Source of the DNA: Podarcis liolepis
Taxonomy: Eukaryota
Strand: one strand, 5' to 3'
DNA: 64,000 bases
Assembly (NCBI GenBank): GCA_965112155.1
Contig: OZ218099.1
A program made the position numbers and the translations under genes. Positions 13,302 through 26,285 of the stretch are shown in pieces. The notes under the pieces were generated by a model, which saw nothing but the letters and a program-made list of their open reading frames with translations, was not told the DNA's origin and did not search any database. Every line of letters begins with the position of its first letter. The stretch's first letter is position 1.

Positions 13302-14357
13302 GTGAGCCTCTCATGGGTGGAAACCACTGTGGAGTGTAGTGCTCCAAACACACTGAGCAATGTGAACGAAGGGGATGCAAGGATGTGTGTGTGAGAGAGT
13401 ATGTCTTCTAAAATAAGGTACCAGTCTTAAGGAGCCAAGCAAAAACTCCCGTGTAATTCTTTTCAAGGCACATTTTTTTTATTTTGGGGTTAAAAAGACC
13501 GAAGACTGTTGAATTTCTTTTCCCTCTAAAAAGCACAAATCCCTGAGCCATGAAGTGGATAATTTTTAGATTAGGGATGATAATGGAGCGGCTCTTTAAA
13601 TATTTTCGTGCAGTAATTACTGGTTATCAGCTCTAATCGCTGCTGTTTGCAGCAGCCGCACGATGGGGAACGCTCCGGAGTTGCGCTGGCTCTGCCGGCT
13701 GCCTTTGCTTTCTTTTTCTTTTTGTGTTAACTGATAATTTTAGCATCACTTCCCCGAATCAGGGAGAAATGGGGTACTACATGTAGAGGGTGGCACTTCA
13801 CTCCTTTATTCCTTTGTGTCAGATGTGAACAGTTGGACTGATCCATGGCCTGGGAGCAAGGCTGGATTCTTTCAGAGCAGGCTCCATTGGGTTCTCTTCC
13901 ATATTTTATTCATATATGAGCTCAGGGCTATGCCGACATGGGATTTGCATTGATGCAATCAATAGCTCGGCTGTCCTTGGGCACTCCTCAGCTCCTGCTA
14001 GAATTTACAGGAAATGCCATGTCTAAACCTTTAGGTAGACTTATTTTACCCTTTTGTAGATTAGCAGTCTGCCCTTCAGCTGAGCAGCTTTGGGAATCAG
14101 ACATACAGTTTGTGTCCCATGGTGCTTGTGGTGAGAAGGCATTGGTTCACCACGCATATCTGTTTAATGGGGCAAATTTTTGCTGCCATGTAGTGTTGGT
14201 AGAGAGATCAAAAAGCTTGACACTGATTCCCAGGGAGAGTATCCAGCAAGTTTGTTGCTGAGATTGTGGCATGGCATGGCAGCAGGAAGAATATTTGTTG
14301 GCCCTTCCTATAGCTAAAGATGTTGATTTTGTTTCCCTATTTCTCTGTGTCTTACAG

Positions 14358-14525
14358 GAGAAATGCTGTTGAAATCCGGTGCAGGACACCACCTGGCCAA
14401 AGCTCAGGAGAGTCTCCCATCCTCATCCATATAAACCGGGCTATACTTAGCAGCCCTGAGGTGGCATATTTCTATACTGATGACCCCACCATTCAGAAGA
14501 TAGACCCCGAATGGAGCATCAACAG
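14358..14525 (+). CDS. PLXNA1: PLXNA1 window exon 6 (168 nt), IPT domain
   Basis: ttacag|GAGA...AACAG|gtagca; [55 protein letters not shown]; phase 2 to 2. Confidence 0.95.
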
Positions 14526-16373
14526 GTAGCACTGAAGGGAATGGATCTGCAGGATAAAAATAAAGAAAAGGATGTGCATATTAGGAATATCGATGGTTGT
14601 TCATCCATTTATTAGCAGCTTTGCTGTACTTTGAAAAGCTTTGCGTTTTGCTAAGTCACTCTGCCAGAAATCAGGATGATTTCCTCAGAACCCCACTTCC
14701 CAGAACCCACTGCAAGTGGTGTGGTGTGACGTGCATAGCACGCTATGTGCTGGCCTGTCAGTAGAGAATAAAACGCTGTTCTCATGTTCATTCTCAGGGT
14801 TTAGCTGTAACAATAATAATTTTATTATTTTATTATTTATACCCTGCCCGTCTAGCTGGATTTCCCCAGCCACTCTGGGCAGCTAGCAGTCTCTAACAGA
14901 GGTTGATACCAACATTAAGCCAGTTAAATCACATCCCTGCAAATGACACTTTGCCTATACTCAGTTGACAACAATAGAGGGGGGTGCTGCTTTGCCTTGC
15001 AGTGCTTCCCATGAGCCACACATAAGCACTGTGTCTGCTGGCGAGTTTTGTAAAGCTCCTGAAGCAGTAGAACTTTGATTCTGATGCTGACTTTCTTCCA
15101 TAGTAGAAATATGAAATGTAACAACCATAAGAGCTATAGCAGCAATTACCTGTTATTTGCAGTGTATACTTCAGTGATCTAAGGCCCAGGATCAAAAGAG
15201 TCAAAGCAGGACCCAGGAAATTTTCCTCTGCAACTGGGCACCATGTGGAAGTCCAAAATGAAAAATGGAAGGAGCATGACTCTTTCAGAATGGAATTTGC
15301 TATCGGCTAATGCCACTGAATGTGTGTTTGAAAATGTGTATTATGGTTATTTTAAAGAGGATCTAGTTATGTAGGGAAGAAAGTAAGCCCTGGTTCAATA
15401 GGTTAGGCCAGTGCAGGAGATGTGTTTGGTATGACATAAAGTAGTAGACACCACTTGCTAATTGTATATTTTTCCTCTGTTTTGGTGATTTTGATTAAAA
15501 TCTATGTGGTGCTCTACATGGTAAGTGATGACATCTATGTGCAAAGCATAGTTAGATGTGATGTAAGAAGATCTGTGATGTCAGGAGGGTCTTCTTTATT
15601 TTCAAGGTTAAAGGAACTATGATGGTGATGGATTAGATTGGTGTCATGGTGCTTAGAAGTAGTGGTAACACTGCAGCATTTTACCTTCTGATTGACTGTT
15701 TTCTCCTAGGGAGAAAAATAAATTTTTTTTTGGTTGGGGGGGGTCAATTTGAAAAAAAATACACGTGAATAAAGGGTCAGCCCTCACCTCCAAGCAAGTG
15801 CCGTGACTCCATTTCAAGGGTCTCTGTAGCTGCTTTTTTCTCAAAACAGCTGTAAGATCTTATTATGGATCTCCCAATGTCATGTCCCTTTGAAATGGTC
15901 CTCGGAAATATTAGCCTTAAAAAACAGCCTACATTGTCATCTTCATAGAATTGTAGAATTGGAAGGGACCCAAAAGAAGCACAGCTAATAGACAGAAAAC
16001 AGCTCCTGTTGTACGATGCATCTCTTGTAGTCCTGGCTGTTCTGAACACGAATGCAGAAGTGGTAGTCTGGCACAGAAGATGCTGGTAGTCCTAGTATTC
16101 TTTTAGACTGGCTTAAGGTCTAAGTGTGCCAGTAGGGCTTCTTGGTTGGGTGCACCCTGGAGATGAGTGGAATCCAGAAAGCTTTCTCATTTTCACCACT
16201 TGCTCTCTAAAATTAATCTTGTAGTTTGGTTTCCCCCAGCCTGAGCATAAGGTAAGAGAGACCATGCAGCTTTTAAAATAACAGAGTAGAAGTGACATCC
16301 TTGTTTGGTTCATGCTGCTTGTGCCCACCCCACTGCCATTTTTGTCTAACCCCAACTTTTGCTTGCTTTCTAG

Positions 16374-16467
16374 TGGTGGTACACTGTTGACTGTGACAGG
16401 CACCAATCTGGCCACTATCAAAGAACCCAGGATCCGAGCCAAGTATGGCTCTGCTGAGAGTGAGAAT
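16374..16467 (+). CDS. PLXNA1: PLXNA1 window exon 7 (94 nt), IPT domain
   Basis: ttctag|TGGT...GAGAAT|gtaagt; [31 protein letters not shown]; phase 2 to 0. Confidence 0.95.
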
Positions 16468-16812
16468 GTAAGTAAATCTTTGACTTAAGGGAGTCATTTT
16501 TAAAAGGAATTAGAAGTCACATGGCAGCCATGATTGCCCACACTAATTCTTTTGTCCAGATGTGGTGTTAGACTCCAAGTCCCATCAGACCCAACCAGCA
16601 TAGCCAATGGCCAGGGATGATGGAAGTTGTGGTCTAGCCGCATCTGGTGGCCACAAGTTTCCCATCCCTAGCATAGATGGAGGATGTCAAAGTGCCTTCA
16701 GTCTGAACCTCCTACCTAAGCCAGCACTTCTCACCATGTATTATTATGCTGCTACCTCAATGAAGGGGAAAGGTACTGACAACCTTCTGGGAATTAATTA
16801 TACTTGAACTTG

Positions 16813-16817
<5 letters not shown>

Positions 16818-16861
<44 letters not shown>
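16818..16861. repeat. (TG)22 microsatellite
   Basis: direct reading. Confidence 0.95.
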
Positions 16862-16862
<1 letters not shown>

Positions 16863-16920
16863 AGTCAGATGAAACCAACGAAAGGCAGTGGGTTAAATCT
16901 AGCGGCTTCTTCCTTTCTAG

Positions 16921-17157
16921 AACTGCACGGTCTACAACGACACCACCATGGTGTGCTATGCTCCCTCCATTGACAACCCAGTCCGGAGTCCTCCAGAGTT
17001 TGGTGATCGCCCAGATGAAATTGGTTTTGTCATGGATAATGTCCAGGCCTTGCTGATCATCAACAAAACCAGCTTTGTCTATTACCCAGACCCTGTGTTT
17101 GAGTCTCTCCCCTCTGGAATGCTGGAGCTCAAGCCAAGCTCTCCACTCATCCTCAAG
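16921..17157 (+). CDS. PLXNA1: PLXNA1 window exon 8 (237 nt), IPT domain
   Basis: ttctag|AACTGC...CTCAAG|gtaatg; [41 protein letters not shown]...[12 protein letters not shown]; phase 0 to 0. Confidence 0.96.
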
Positions 17158-18046
17158 GTAATGCTACCCCCAGCCCCATTATTGCAGCTGTGCCTAAGCT
17201 ATCCCACCTAGCATAACTAGGGTCCTTACTTCTGCCCCACTCTTGGTATAATTGGATGATTCTCGCCCCCCACTCTCACCTTTCTGCTGACTCCTAGCCT
17301 TCATTGCCAGTACAGCATGGAAGAGAAATCAGATGGAGTAGAAGGAACTAGTTTTCTACTCACAAATGTGGTCTTCACAACCTATCTTTGTTTGGTGTTA
17401 AATGAGCTGCACTGAAAAAACCCCCACACAATCTATACATTTGTTTGGAAGGAGAGACTTGGCAGTCTCTGCAGCAGAAGCACTGCCAAATTCTGGTAGT
17501 TTTTCCAATATTACAGGGAGAGGAAAACTATATTCTAGGAAGAGGCATGAAGCCATAGAATGAGAAACAGGAGATCCTCGTTATAATTCTTCTCTCTTAT
17601 AATACTTATGAGTTGACTTCAGCCTTGCTGGTCTGCTCCCTTCAACTTAAAATTGTCTTGAGCACACTTGTCACATATTCTTGGATCCGTTGAGTGGTGT
17701 TTCTTTTCATTAAGCTAAGAAATCCTTACACTAATGGTGTGCTACAGTAGGCTTCACACCTTGTTCCTGCAAGACTGTAGAGAGGAGAAAAATTGATTGT
17801 GTTACAGTGGAAAAGGCAGGGAAAGTGATGCAAATGTTAGCAAATATTCTCTCTCCTATTGAGCATTTTGTCACCCATTGGTCACTTCTGTTCAACTAAG
17901 GATAGTTTGAGGCTGCTTTTGGACCACTTTTTAAGCTGCATAATGTGGCTTGAGATATTGCTCCTTTTGCCCCCTGATCTAGAGAACAGAACTGAATGAA
18001 AAGATGTCTCTCCTTGTGGGTTAGAAGGCTGAGAGTCTGCCGGTAA

Positions 18047-18364
<318 letters not shown>

Positions 18365-18916
18365 TAATCTTTTCGCTCTCTCCCACCTATTCCCAAATCC
18401 AGATCCTGCTTTTGGTAAATCTGTTCTCTGTCAGCAGCCGCTCAATATGCATCCAGTTTCCTTGCACCAAACCAACCTTGTAAATACACCCACAAAGGTT
18501 GTTAGCCTGAAAAGAAGGTTTACTAGCCTGCTGGGGGTTGGCAGAGGAGAACCAGTCCCTCCTGCAGCAGCTTCCCTGGCAGCCCATTTGGTTTCTCTAT
18601 TGGGAACAAAAGAGGGATGGAACACTCCATCCTTTCTCCCGGAATTGAACACTTACCTGCCTGCAATTCCTTATCACTTTGCACATGGCTTGTGCATAAA
18701 TACAAGGTCACGCCAGACTATATTATGCATGCTATTAATGCAATTTTTATGTGATTAATTTGCATGTTTGTAATCTCTCTGTTTGAGGCAGCATCAGAGT
18801 AGGAAATCTTGGCAGACCAAAGGAAAGAAATCCAGATTTTGGGATTTGGAGTGGATGATGATTTTTTTGGATCTTAGTGTTTGAAGTCCCTTCAAAGATC
18901 TAGAAGGCTTTTAGAT

Positions 18917-18951
<35 letters not shown>

Positions 18952-18960
18952 GAATGAATG
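18917..18960. repeat. (GATA)n followed by a short (GAAT)n
   Basis: direct reading. Confidence 0.93.
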
Positions 18961-19689
18961 AGAGAAACTATTCCAATTCATATAAAAACCTTTCTGTGGG
19001 CCCTTTGTTCCCCATTTCTGATTCCTTCATGAGTTCATCTGTAGCAAAGCTTTTAATGCTGCTCTTGGGTGTCAGTTGAGCCAGTTGCACAGGGTTCAGA
19101 GGGATGTACAAATTCCAGTGGTTTCTGTTGCATTATAGAGCTTGTGTCTGGATGGTATAAGTTGCAACTGGAGTGCATGGATCAGTGCTCTCTTTCTCTG
19201 CTCTCCTGTGGTCCCTTTTCATGAATAGACTTCACTGAACCGTCTTCTCCACCATTTCACAAATGGTGTTCATCATAATGAGCTAGCAAACATGCCAGCT
19301 TTTCCTTAGTGCTTACTGCTGTTACTTCCACTAAACACTTAGCACCACTGCTAGTGAACATGCAAGGGCATGTTTTGCCTGTGTGCCACTGTTCTTGGAA
19401 ATTTCATTTTTACCCTTCAGCTGGGCCTCTCTCTTTCTTTTGGTGGAGGTAAAGTAAGCTCATGATTGTGTATTTTGGATTGTTCTGAATACCACCATTT
19501 GGTAGCCAAGCCCAAAACCAAAAGTCCTGTTGGGATGCATTTTGGCTTGCCTGCTGATGAAACTCAGTGTGTGATGATTGATAATATTGTCATTTATCCA
19601 TTTTAGTTCCCTAAGTAGTAGCAGTTGCCAGGGCATTGTCCTGTCCACCTCTGTTTAGTTCCATCCTTATTTCAGACATTGTGGTACAG

Positions 19690-19905
19690 TAGATTGCAAT
19701 GTTTAGCTGGTGATATTGTGAGGTTTAGCTGCTGATAACAATTGCAGTGTTTAGCTGGTGAGTTATCATGATGTTGAAAATCAGATATCGCCTACCCCTT
19801 CCACACATTGCGATTTGCGATACATTGCCAGCTCAAATATTATTAAACTATTATCACAATGTGAACGTCAAACCGGTGTTGGATATTGATATATCGCCCA
19901 GCTCC
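19690..19905. repeat. Three imperfect ~32-bp tandem units plus a DNA-transposon-like end
   Basis: GTTTAGCTG(G/C)TGA repeated 3 times, followed by two GATATCGCC/TATATCGCCCAGC motifs. Confidence 0.5.
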
Positions 19906-21691
19906 ATAACACTCCCTGCCTGGTGCCCCGTCCTCGTATTTTGGATGCCTCCAACTAACTGTCATGATTACTTGCTCATATATTTCCATTGACTTTAGAA
20001 GGGGAGAGATTTAATTTTTTTTTAAAAAAAACAAACCTTGAGGAATTCAACTTCTGTGACTTCTGGTGTGAACTGACCTCCTAGACTTATGTGCCGACTG
20101 GGGCGTAAAATGTCCTCTGGATTTCACACTTCTCTGAATTTTGCGATGTAGTTCTTGATTCAGGAAATGGACTGAAGTGCAGTTAAAAATATGTATGTTG
20201 GAGTAAAATGCATTTATAAATGCATACCTTGAGATAGAATATATGTTTAAATATGTACTTCAATATAAAATGCACATTTGACTTTTCATTTTTTAAAAAA
20301 GACAGATTAAAGCAGAAGCAGGACAAAATGGACTCATGAATGGGTTAATCAGGATTAGTTGCACATTAGACTGCGGCACAGCAATTCTGACTCACTCGGG
20401 GGCTCAGTGTGGCCTTGGGTGTTTGAAAGGGACCCAAAATGTTTCTTACTCCAGGCACCTCATCCATCAGGGAATGCACTTTGCATCCCATCTGTTATTA
20501 CAACGCTTTGTGAATGAGACATCAAACTTGCTGCCTGCTCAGCAACATACCAGCCTGTTCCTGCATCCCATCAAATCCCTTTGCAATGCTTTGAACAGGC
20601 AATGTGAGACTTAACCCTGCACTGCTTGGCCATTGTCCTTCTCCACTTAGGCATTTGCTTCCCTCATGGCTGCAGTCAGTGCTACCTAGAAGATGGTTGG
20701 GATGTGGGTAGCTAGGCAGGAGTAACCATTACCATGAGTGTACTGAGTGGCAGAGCCCCCCCCCCCCGCCCTGTTGCTTGTTCAACAATCGGTGAACTAC
20801 CCAATGTGGCAATTGTCTCTTTCTTATTAATATTAAAATTTCTGCAGCTCAGAAGTTGGCAGCTATTCACTTACCTCATGATTACAAGGTGGTAGCAGTG
20901 GGCACCAGCTTGAAATACTTAATGCCTTGGTAACATTCTCAGCGCAAGCAGCTTGCTATTAAACCGTTTTCAGGGGTAGCAGGCAATGGGCAAAACATTC
21001 CCCTTCCTGCCCGTTCCTGGAAGACCTCATCTATGCTGGATTCTCTGTATATACTGGCAGAGAACCACGTCTAAGAATCTCTTCTCATTTGACATTTTAT
21101 ACTTGCGTTCTGATACCTGAATATGAGAGGCATACTGTTTGCCTTGGTTCTGAATGGTGCGTGTTTTAAAATTAATTTATTGAAAAGCAGTTTGAATTGC
21201 CATTTGCTGTAACGCTGTTGAGAGCTTGCACAGGCCATGTGCCCTCTGAGCCCCTGTGTAGGAATTGGATCTTGCAGCTTGAGGGAACTGCTTCCTTGGC
21301 AGCTTTTCACGGCGTGGTCAATGGGCACCTTTGGGAGGATGGAAGGGATATAAATTCAGAAAATAAGAAGGACAGAAAATAAGAATGTCCTCCCCTGACA
21401 TTTTTCATCCTGTTACGCCCAACAGCCAACAGTGCCTTGGGATCTTTGCCATTCCCTTAATAATTACTATGTCAATAACCCACTGCTCAGTTCTTTCACC
21501 TTCATCACACTCCCAAAAAGGAGGAATCCCAAAATACCCAATTTCAGAAACTACCCAAGTCGCTTATTTCATTATTATTGATGTTGGAAAGCAATTCCCC
21601 ATCTCTAGCAAGTGGATGGGAATATAAAAGTCCTTTTTGGCAGGAAGGTGTGAGCTCAAATGCTAATATATATATTCTCTCTTTCTCTCAG

Positions 21692-21926
21692 ATCAAGGCT
21701 GGGGGCTTTGAATTCTCTCCGGGGATGCTGCAGATATATTCAGACAACTTGTTGACCCTGCCAGCCATTATTGGAATTGGTGGGGGCGGGGGTCTTCTCT
21801 TACTCATCATCATCATCGTCCTCATTGCATACAAGCGGAAATCCCGAGATGCTGACCGCACCCTCAAACGTCTACAGCTGCAGATGGACAACTTGGAATC
21901 CCGCGTGGCCTTGGAGTGCAAGGAAG
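21692..21926 (+). CDS. PLXNA1: PLXNA1 window exon 10 (235 nt), transmembrane helix, KRK motif and juxtamembrane helix
   Basis: tctcag|ATCAAG...GAAG|gtgtga; [78 protein letters not shown]; phase 0 to 1. Confidence 0.97.
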
Positions 21927-22123
21927 GTGTGAATGATGGGCCCGGGGCTTTTTGCTTTTCTTTTTCACGGCTCTGCTACTTATCAATCTGTTACTTCCCA
22001 TTGAATCCCACCCCTTGAGAGAGAGATTTTTGCTGATTTTTGGGGCCGCACCAGTTTCTAAAGTCCTTCATTTACTCCATATACATTTTTAAACAACGAT
22101 AGCAGCAATGTCATCATTTAAAG

Positions 22124-22259
22124 CAGTGTTTCTCAAACCTGGGTCTCCATCTGTTGCTGGACTACAGCTCCCACAATTCCTGATCACTAGTCTGGCTAGC
22201 TAGGGATGATGGGAGTTGTAGTCCAACAACAGATGGAGACCCAAGCTGGAGAAACACTG
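22124..22259. mobile_element. Palindromic hAT-type MITE (136 bp)
   Basis: CAGTGTTTCTC...GAGAAACACTG termini; arms complementary over ~50 bp; flanking 8-mers ATTTAAAG and GTTTAAGG (6/8) fit a decayed 8-bp TSD. Confidence 0.82.
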
Positions 22260-24039
22260 GTTTAAGGGAAAAAAGGGGGGGGGGAGAATCTTACCATGAA
22301 ATGCAACAAGCTTTGCCACCATTTCGGGCAATTAGGAAAATTGGTTCATAATTCCACAGGTGGAGATGAACCTTCCCCGTACCCTCTACTTCCTTCCCCC
22401 TAGCCTCTCCCCACATGGGTTTTTCTTCCAACTGAGCTCACTTCCAGTATCTGAACTTGGCAAAGGAGAAAAGCAGCTGGGTGGGAGGCAGACTGTGGGA
22501 GAGAGGTGGAAGTGGGTGCCAATACCCCCCATTGGTGTACTCCTTTTGCTCTGAAACAAAACAAAACAACCCTCTCCTGCCACATAATGTATGATTGGCA
22601 TATCTGAGTTTGAAGAAAGAGACCCACTGGTTTCACAGGTAGTTTGACTGTCCCATTATATTCCTCCGCTAGTGGGATCCCATCCAATTCGTTTCTGTAA
22701 TCTAGGTGATTGGGAGGCTCACCAAAACCCACTCCCTTATGGCAATGTTATATTTGCAAGCTGTTACTATGTGGAACAATCCAGTTGGATGGAGCATCTC
22801 CTTGCCAGCACCATATAGTCCCAGCTGGCACTGGCAATAAAGCAATGCATAGATTGAAACCTCCATGCTGAACATTCTGTACAATAGTAAGCCTCTGTTG
22901 GAGACTTTCAGAAAATGGCTTTGAAGGCACATGGTCCATTTCCTGTTGCTTGAAGCTGCAGAGGTTGGCTCTATCAGATGCCTGGATAGGAGGCCACCTG
23001 GGAACCACGTAAGCCTCTCTAAGCTTTTTGGAGGAATTAACTGTGAAATAACAACCAACATACAATTGGGCAGCTCCATATGATTGCGACTTGGGTTGAC
23101 TTCACCCTTATGTGGAGCACTGTTGTAGAAGTTCCCTTCCTGTCAGCAGCCTCCCACTTGGTTGAACCTTGCCTGAGAATGCGTACTAAGCAATTAGTTT
23201 CATCTCTAAGCTTTAATGAGACGGGACCTGCCCTGCTCATAAAGTATCCTAATTACCTACGAAGTGGTATCATTAACCAACAATCACAAAAATCCTTGCT
23301 ATGTTTGCAAGATGTTGGAGAAAATTGCCCACTTACCAGTGCTTTGTTCGTGCTGCCTTCCCTGCCCAAAATATGAAAACCTGGCACATAGATTTCTTTA
23401 GCCAGTGTGGTGTATGGATGTGCTAAATTAGGATCAGGAGGGCACACGTTACATGGCTAAGCAAGAGATCTTGCTTAGCCATATAACTCACCAAGTGACT
23501 TTGGGTCAGTTATTACCTCTCTGGTGAACTTACAAGATTGTAAAAGGGGTGTGGGGAAAACTTTGTTTATCACCCCAAACTCCTTGGAGGAACAGCAGGA
23601 CAGAATGTAGGTAATAACAATAATAGAACTAGAATCTGACCACTATTGATTTTACCATCATTAATGCCCTCCTCTGGGTTGTCGTCGTAATATCGCAGAT
23701 TAGTGTGCTTGGATGCCATTGTCCTTTGGAGTGAAGGTCAGATTTGGCCAGTACTGGCCAACCTTTTTGCCGCTCCCCCATCTAAACAGTATATTTGCGT
23801 ATGGGAAGGAACCCTATCTGAGCAAGTTGGCTGTGGTTTGATTGAAGCACAATAGGTTTTATGCTCCGCTTAGCGTGTCCATGGCTCACTCTGACGCTAA
23901 GGCTGTGCCTCCATCTCTGGTGCTTCTGCAAAACTGGTTCCTTATTCATGGGTTGTCCTTTTGGGGAGAGACAGAGGGGTCAAGTGAAGCAGTTTTATTG
24001 GAGGTGGTAGATTTTTATTTGGCGCAGTTTGAAGGAAGT

Positions 24040-24580
24040 TAGCGAGGTTTCAAGAGGAAAAGTTTTAAAGGGAGAGAGACGCCTGCCTGCAAAAGGCTGT
24101 GGGTCTCTCATTACGTGACAGACAGATGCTGAGAAATTGGACAGAATGCTGCTTCTGATCCTGCTGATAAAACCTAATTGCCCATTATCGCCACAAGCCA
24201 GTGCCTGGGGCTGTGACCCTGCCAACTCCAAGTTGGCCCAGAGGCTGCGACAGAAGCAGGCACCTAAAATGAGATAATAAAAAAAGAGGAAAGGGGGGGG
24301 GGAATAGCCCTGTAGATAGAAATAGTGACAGAGAGGATTGTAGAGGGAGGGGGGAGCATGTGGAGGAGATTTCGCCTTGTCTTCCACAGCTGGCAGATAA
24401 AAGGATCTGCTTTTAATTAAAAGCTGCAATATCTTCTCTGCCTTTTCTCTTTTCTAGTCCCACTAGTTACAGATAAGATAGTGTGCCTTTCAAGCTGACA
24501 GTTTGTTTTTTCTCATCAAACTGATCAGCCTACAGCCCTCTGCCGCTTCTAGCTTCCTTTTTAAAGTGCCATTAATTTGA
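24040..24580. promoter_or_regulatory. Candidate intronic enhancer (GATA/MEIS/homeobox motif cluster)
   Basis: About six GATA-type motifs, three TGACAG and several TAAT cores in non-repetitive sequence; motif evidence only. Confidence 0.35.
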
Positions 24581-25276
24581 TTTCTCTCTCCCCCCCTCCC
24601 ACATCCCCCCCTATAAACTCTCACTTGTACAGCACTGGAACCTATGCACAAACAACCTGCTTCCTCTTGTAGGTGCCATTAAGGGCGCAGGATGCCATTT
24701 CTCCTCTGGCATGCTCCTCCCAGCAAAGCCAACTGCTATAGGACTTGTGAGATGTGAAATCAGAACACAGTGAGGACATTTCTGTGACATAGAACTGTTT
24801 CCTCTAGCCCAAGTCTTCCTTTTTAAAAAAATAAAAAATCTGCCGGTGTTTTGCCATTCTCCATCTCTTTTTATGTGTGCAGCCACAAAGGCAGTCTTAT
24901 GCCAAAACACCAGCCTTCAGGCCTTGTACCTGCCTGCCACCTATGCTTCAGTATCATGGAACTGGACTAGAGGGCACACGGGCGATCCCTTCTGGTTTCT
25001 TCTCTGTAAATTGGGTCTTGGTTATCTTCTCTGCTGTCGCTTCATAACTTTGGAGGAAGCCATTGTATCTTTGTGCTGCATTTTTTCTTCTGTCTCTTTA
25101 GTGGGGCAAGAAGCTTCTGATGTAATGTTTGTTTAATTTTCTTTTCCTTAAATAAAGTTGGGGATATTGTTTTAACTAGCCATGGCCTTTTGACACTAGA
25201 CTATATTGGCCAAGATTAGGCCTGCAGGCTATTCCCTGGCCAGTTGGGAGCTGATGCATATAGGCTTCTTGTTTAA

Positions 25277-25444
<168 letters not shown>

Positions 25445-26124
25445 TAATGTGTGTATGTGTGTCTGCTTGGATAACATTTGAGCTTGGCTTACATTTGCCT
25501 TCCTGAGCTTTGTGAGTTTATTCCTGTGGGGAGGAGGGATTCCTGCTGCTGCAGTTTCTCTCAGTCTTCTCTCCTGCTTTCACAAGGAAATGAAGTGCCT
25601 GGGGTCTGGGTTTATTGGTGGCTCAGGCTAGACTGATGACCTTAAAGCAAGACAGCTTCACCACTTCCCACCACCCACAGGATTTGATTCTCTTTAGAGA
25701 GGGCACATTGAAGATTCTGCTGCTTATATAAGCTTAGGGGGTTGTTTGTTTTGACCTCAAGTGTGTCTTAGAGAGTTTTTCGGCAGGATAACTGTGATGT
25801 TGTGTCCATCGTTAACTGTTCATGGTGTATTTTTATTTGACTAAAAAGTGAACAACCACTAAAAATGTGAGGGAGACTTATCTGAGATAGTTCCCCAAAT
25901 GCTGGCTCATAGGACCCTTTTTTCAGAGTGGGGGGTTTTTTCAAACTGCTAGGAGCTAGGTTTAACGAGAATAATGGGGAAACATTGATTCATGGGTGTG
26001 ATGCACATTAGGGAGTCAGACTGACTGGGAGATCCAGGAATAAAAATAAAATTCTATTGAGCTTTCCCCAGTTGTTGCCATTTCTTATAGCACGCTGAAC
26101 AAAAGAACAAGTTTGAAATTCTCA

Positions 26125-26285
26125 TTTCATTCATTCTCACAGCAACCTTACAAAGTAAGTCACTGTCATCCCAGTTTTACAAAACGGGAATTAAGCCTGA
26201 CCAAGGCCACCTAGCAAGCGAATGGCTGCAGCAAGATTAGAGCATTCATCTCCAGCAACCATAACTGAACCAGCTACACTGCTTC
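26125..26285 (-). mobile_element. Decayed MIR-like SINE, antisense
   Basis: ATTCTCACAGCAACCTTACAAAGTAAGTCACTGTCATCCCAGTTTTACA...CCAAGGCCACCTAGCAAG resembles the antisense MIR/CORE segment. Confidence 0.6.

Noticed and set aside
21578-22018. Read-through ORF giving a membrane-anchored, GAP-less plexin (and 18128-18367 giving a soluble ectodomain)
   Set aside because: These are ordinary extensions of exon frames into introns. I saw no nearby poly(A) signal or other support.
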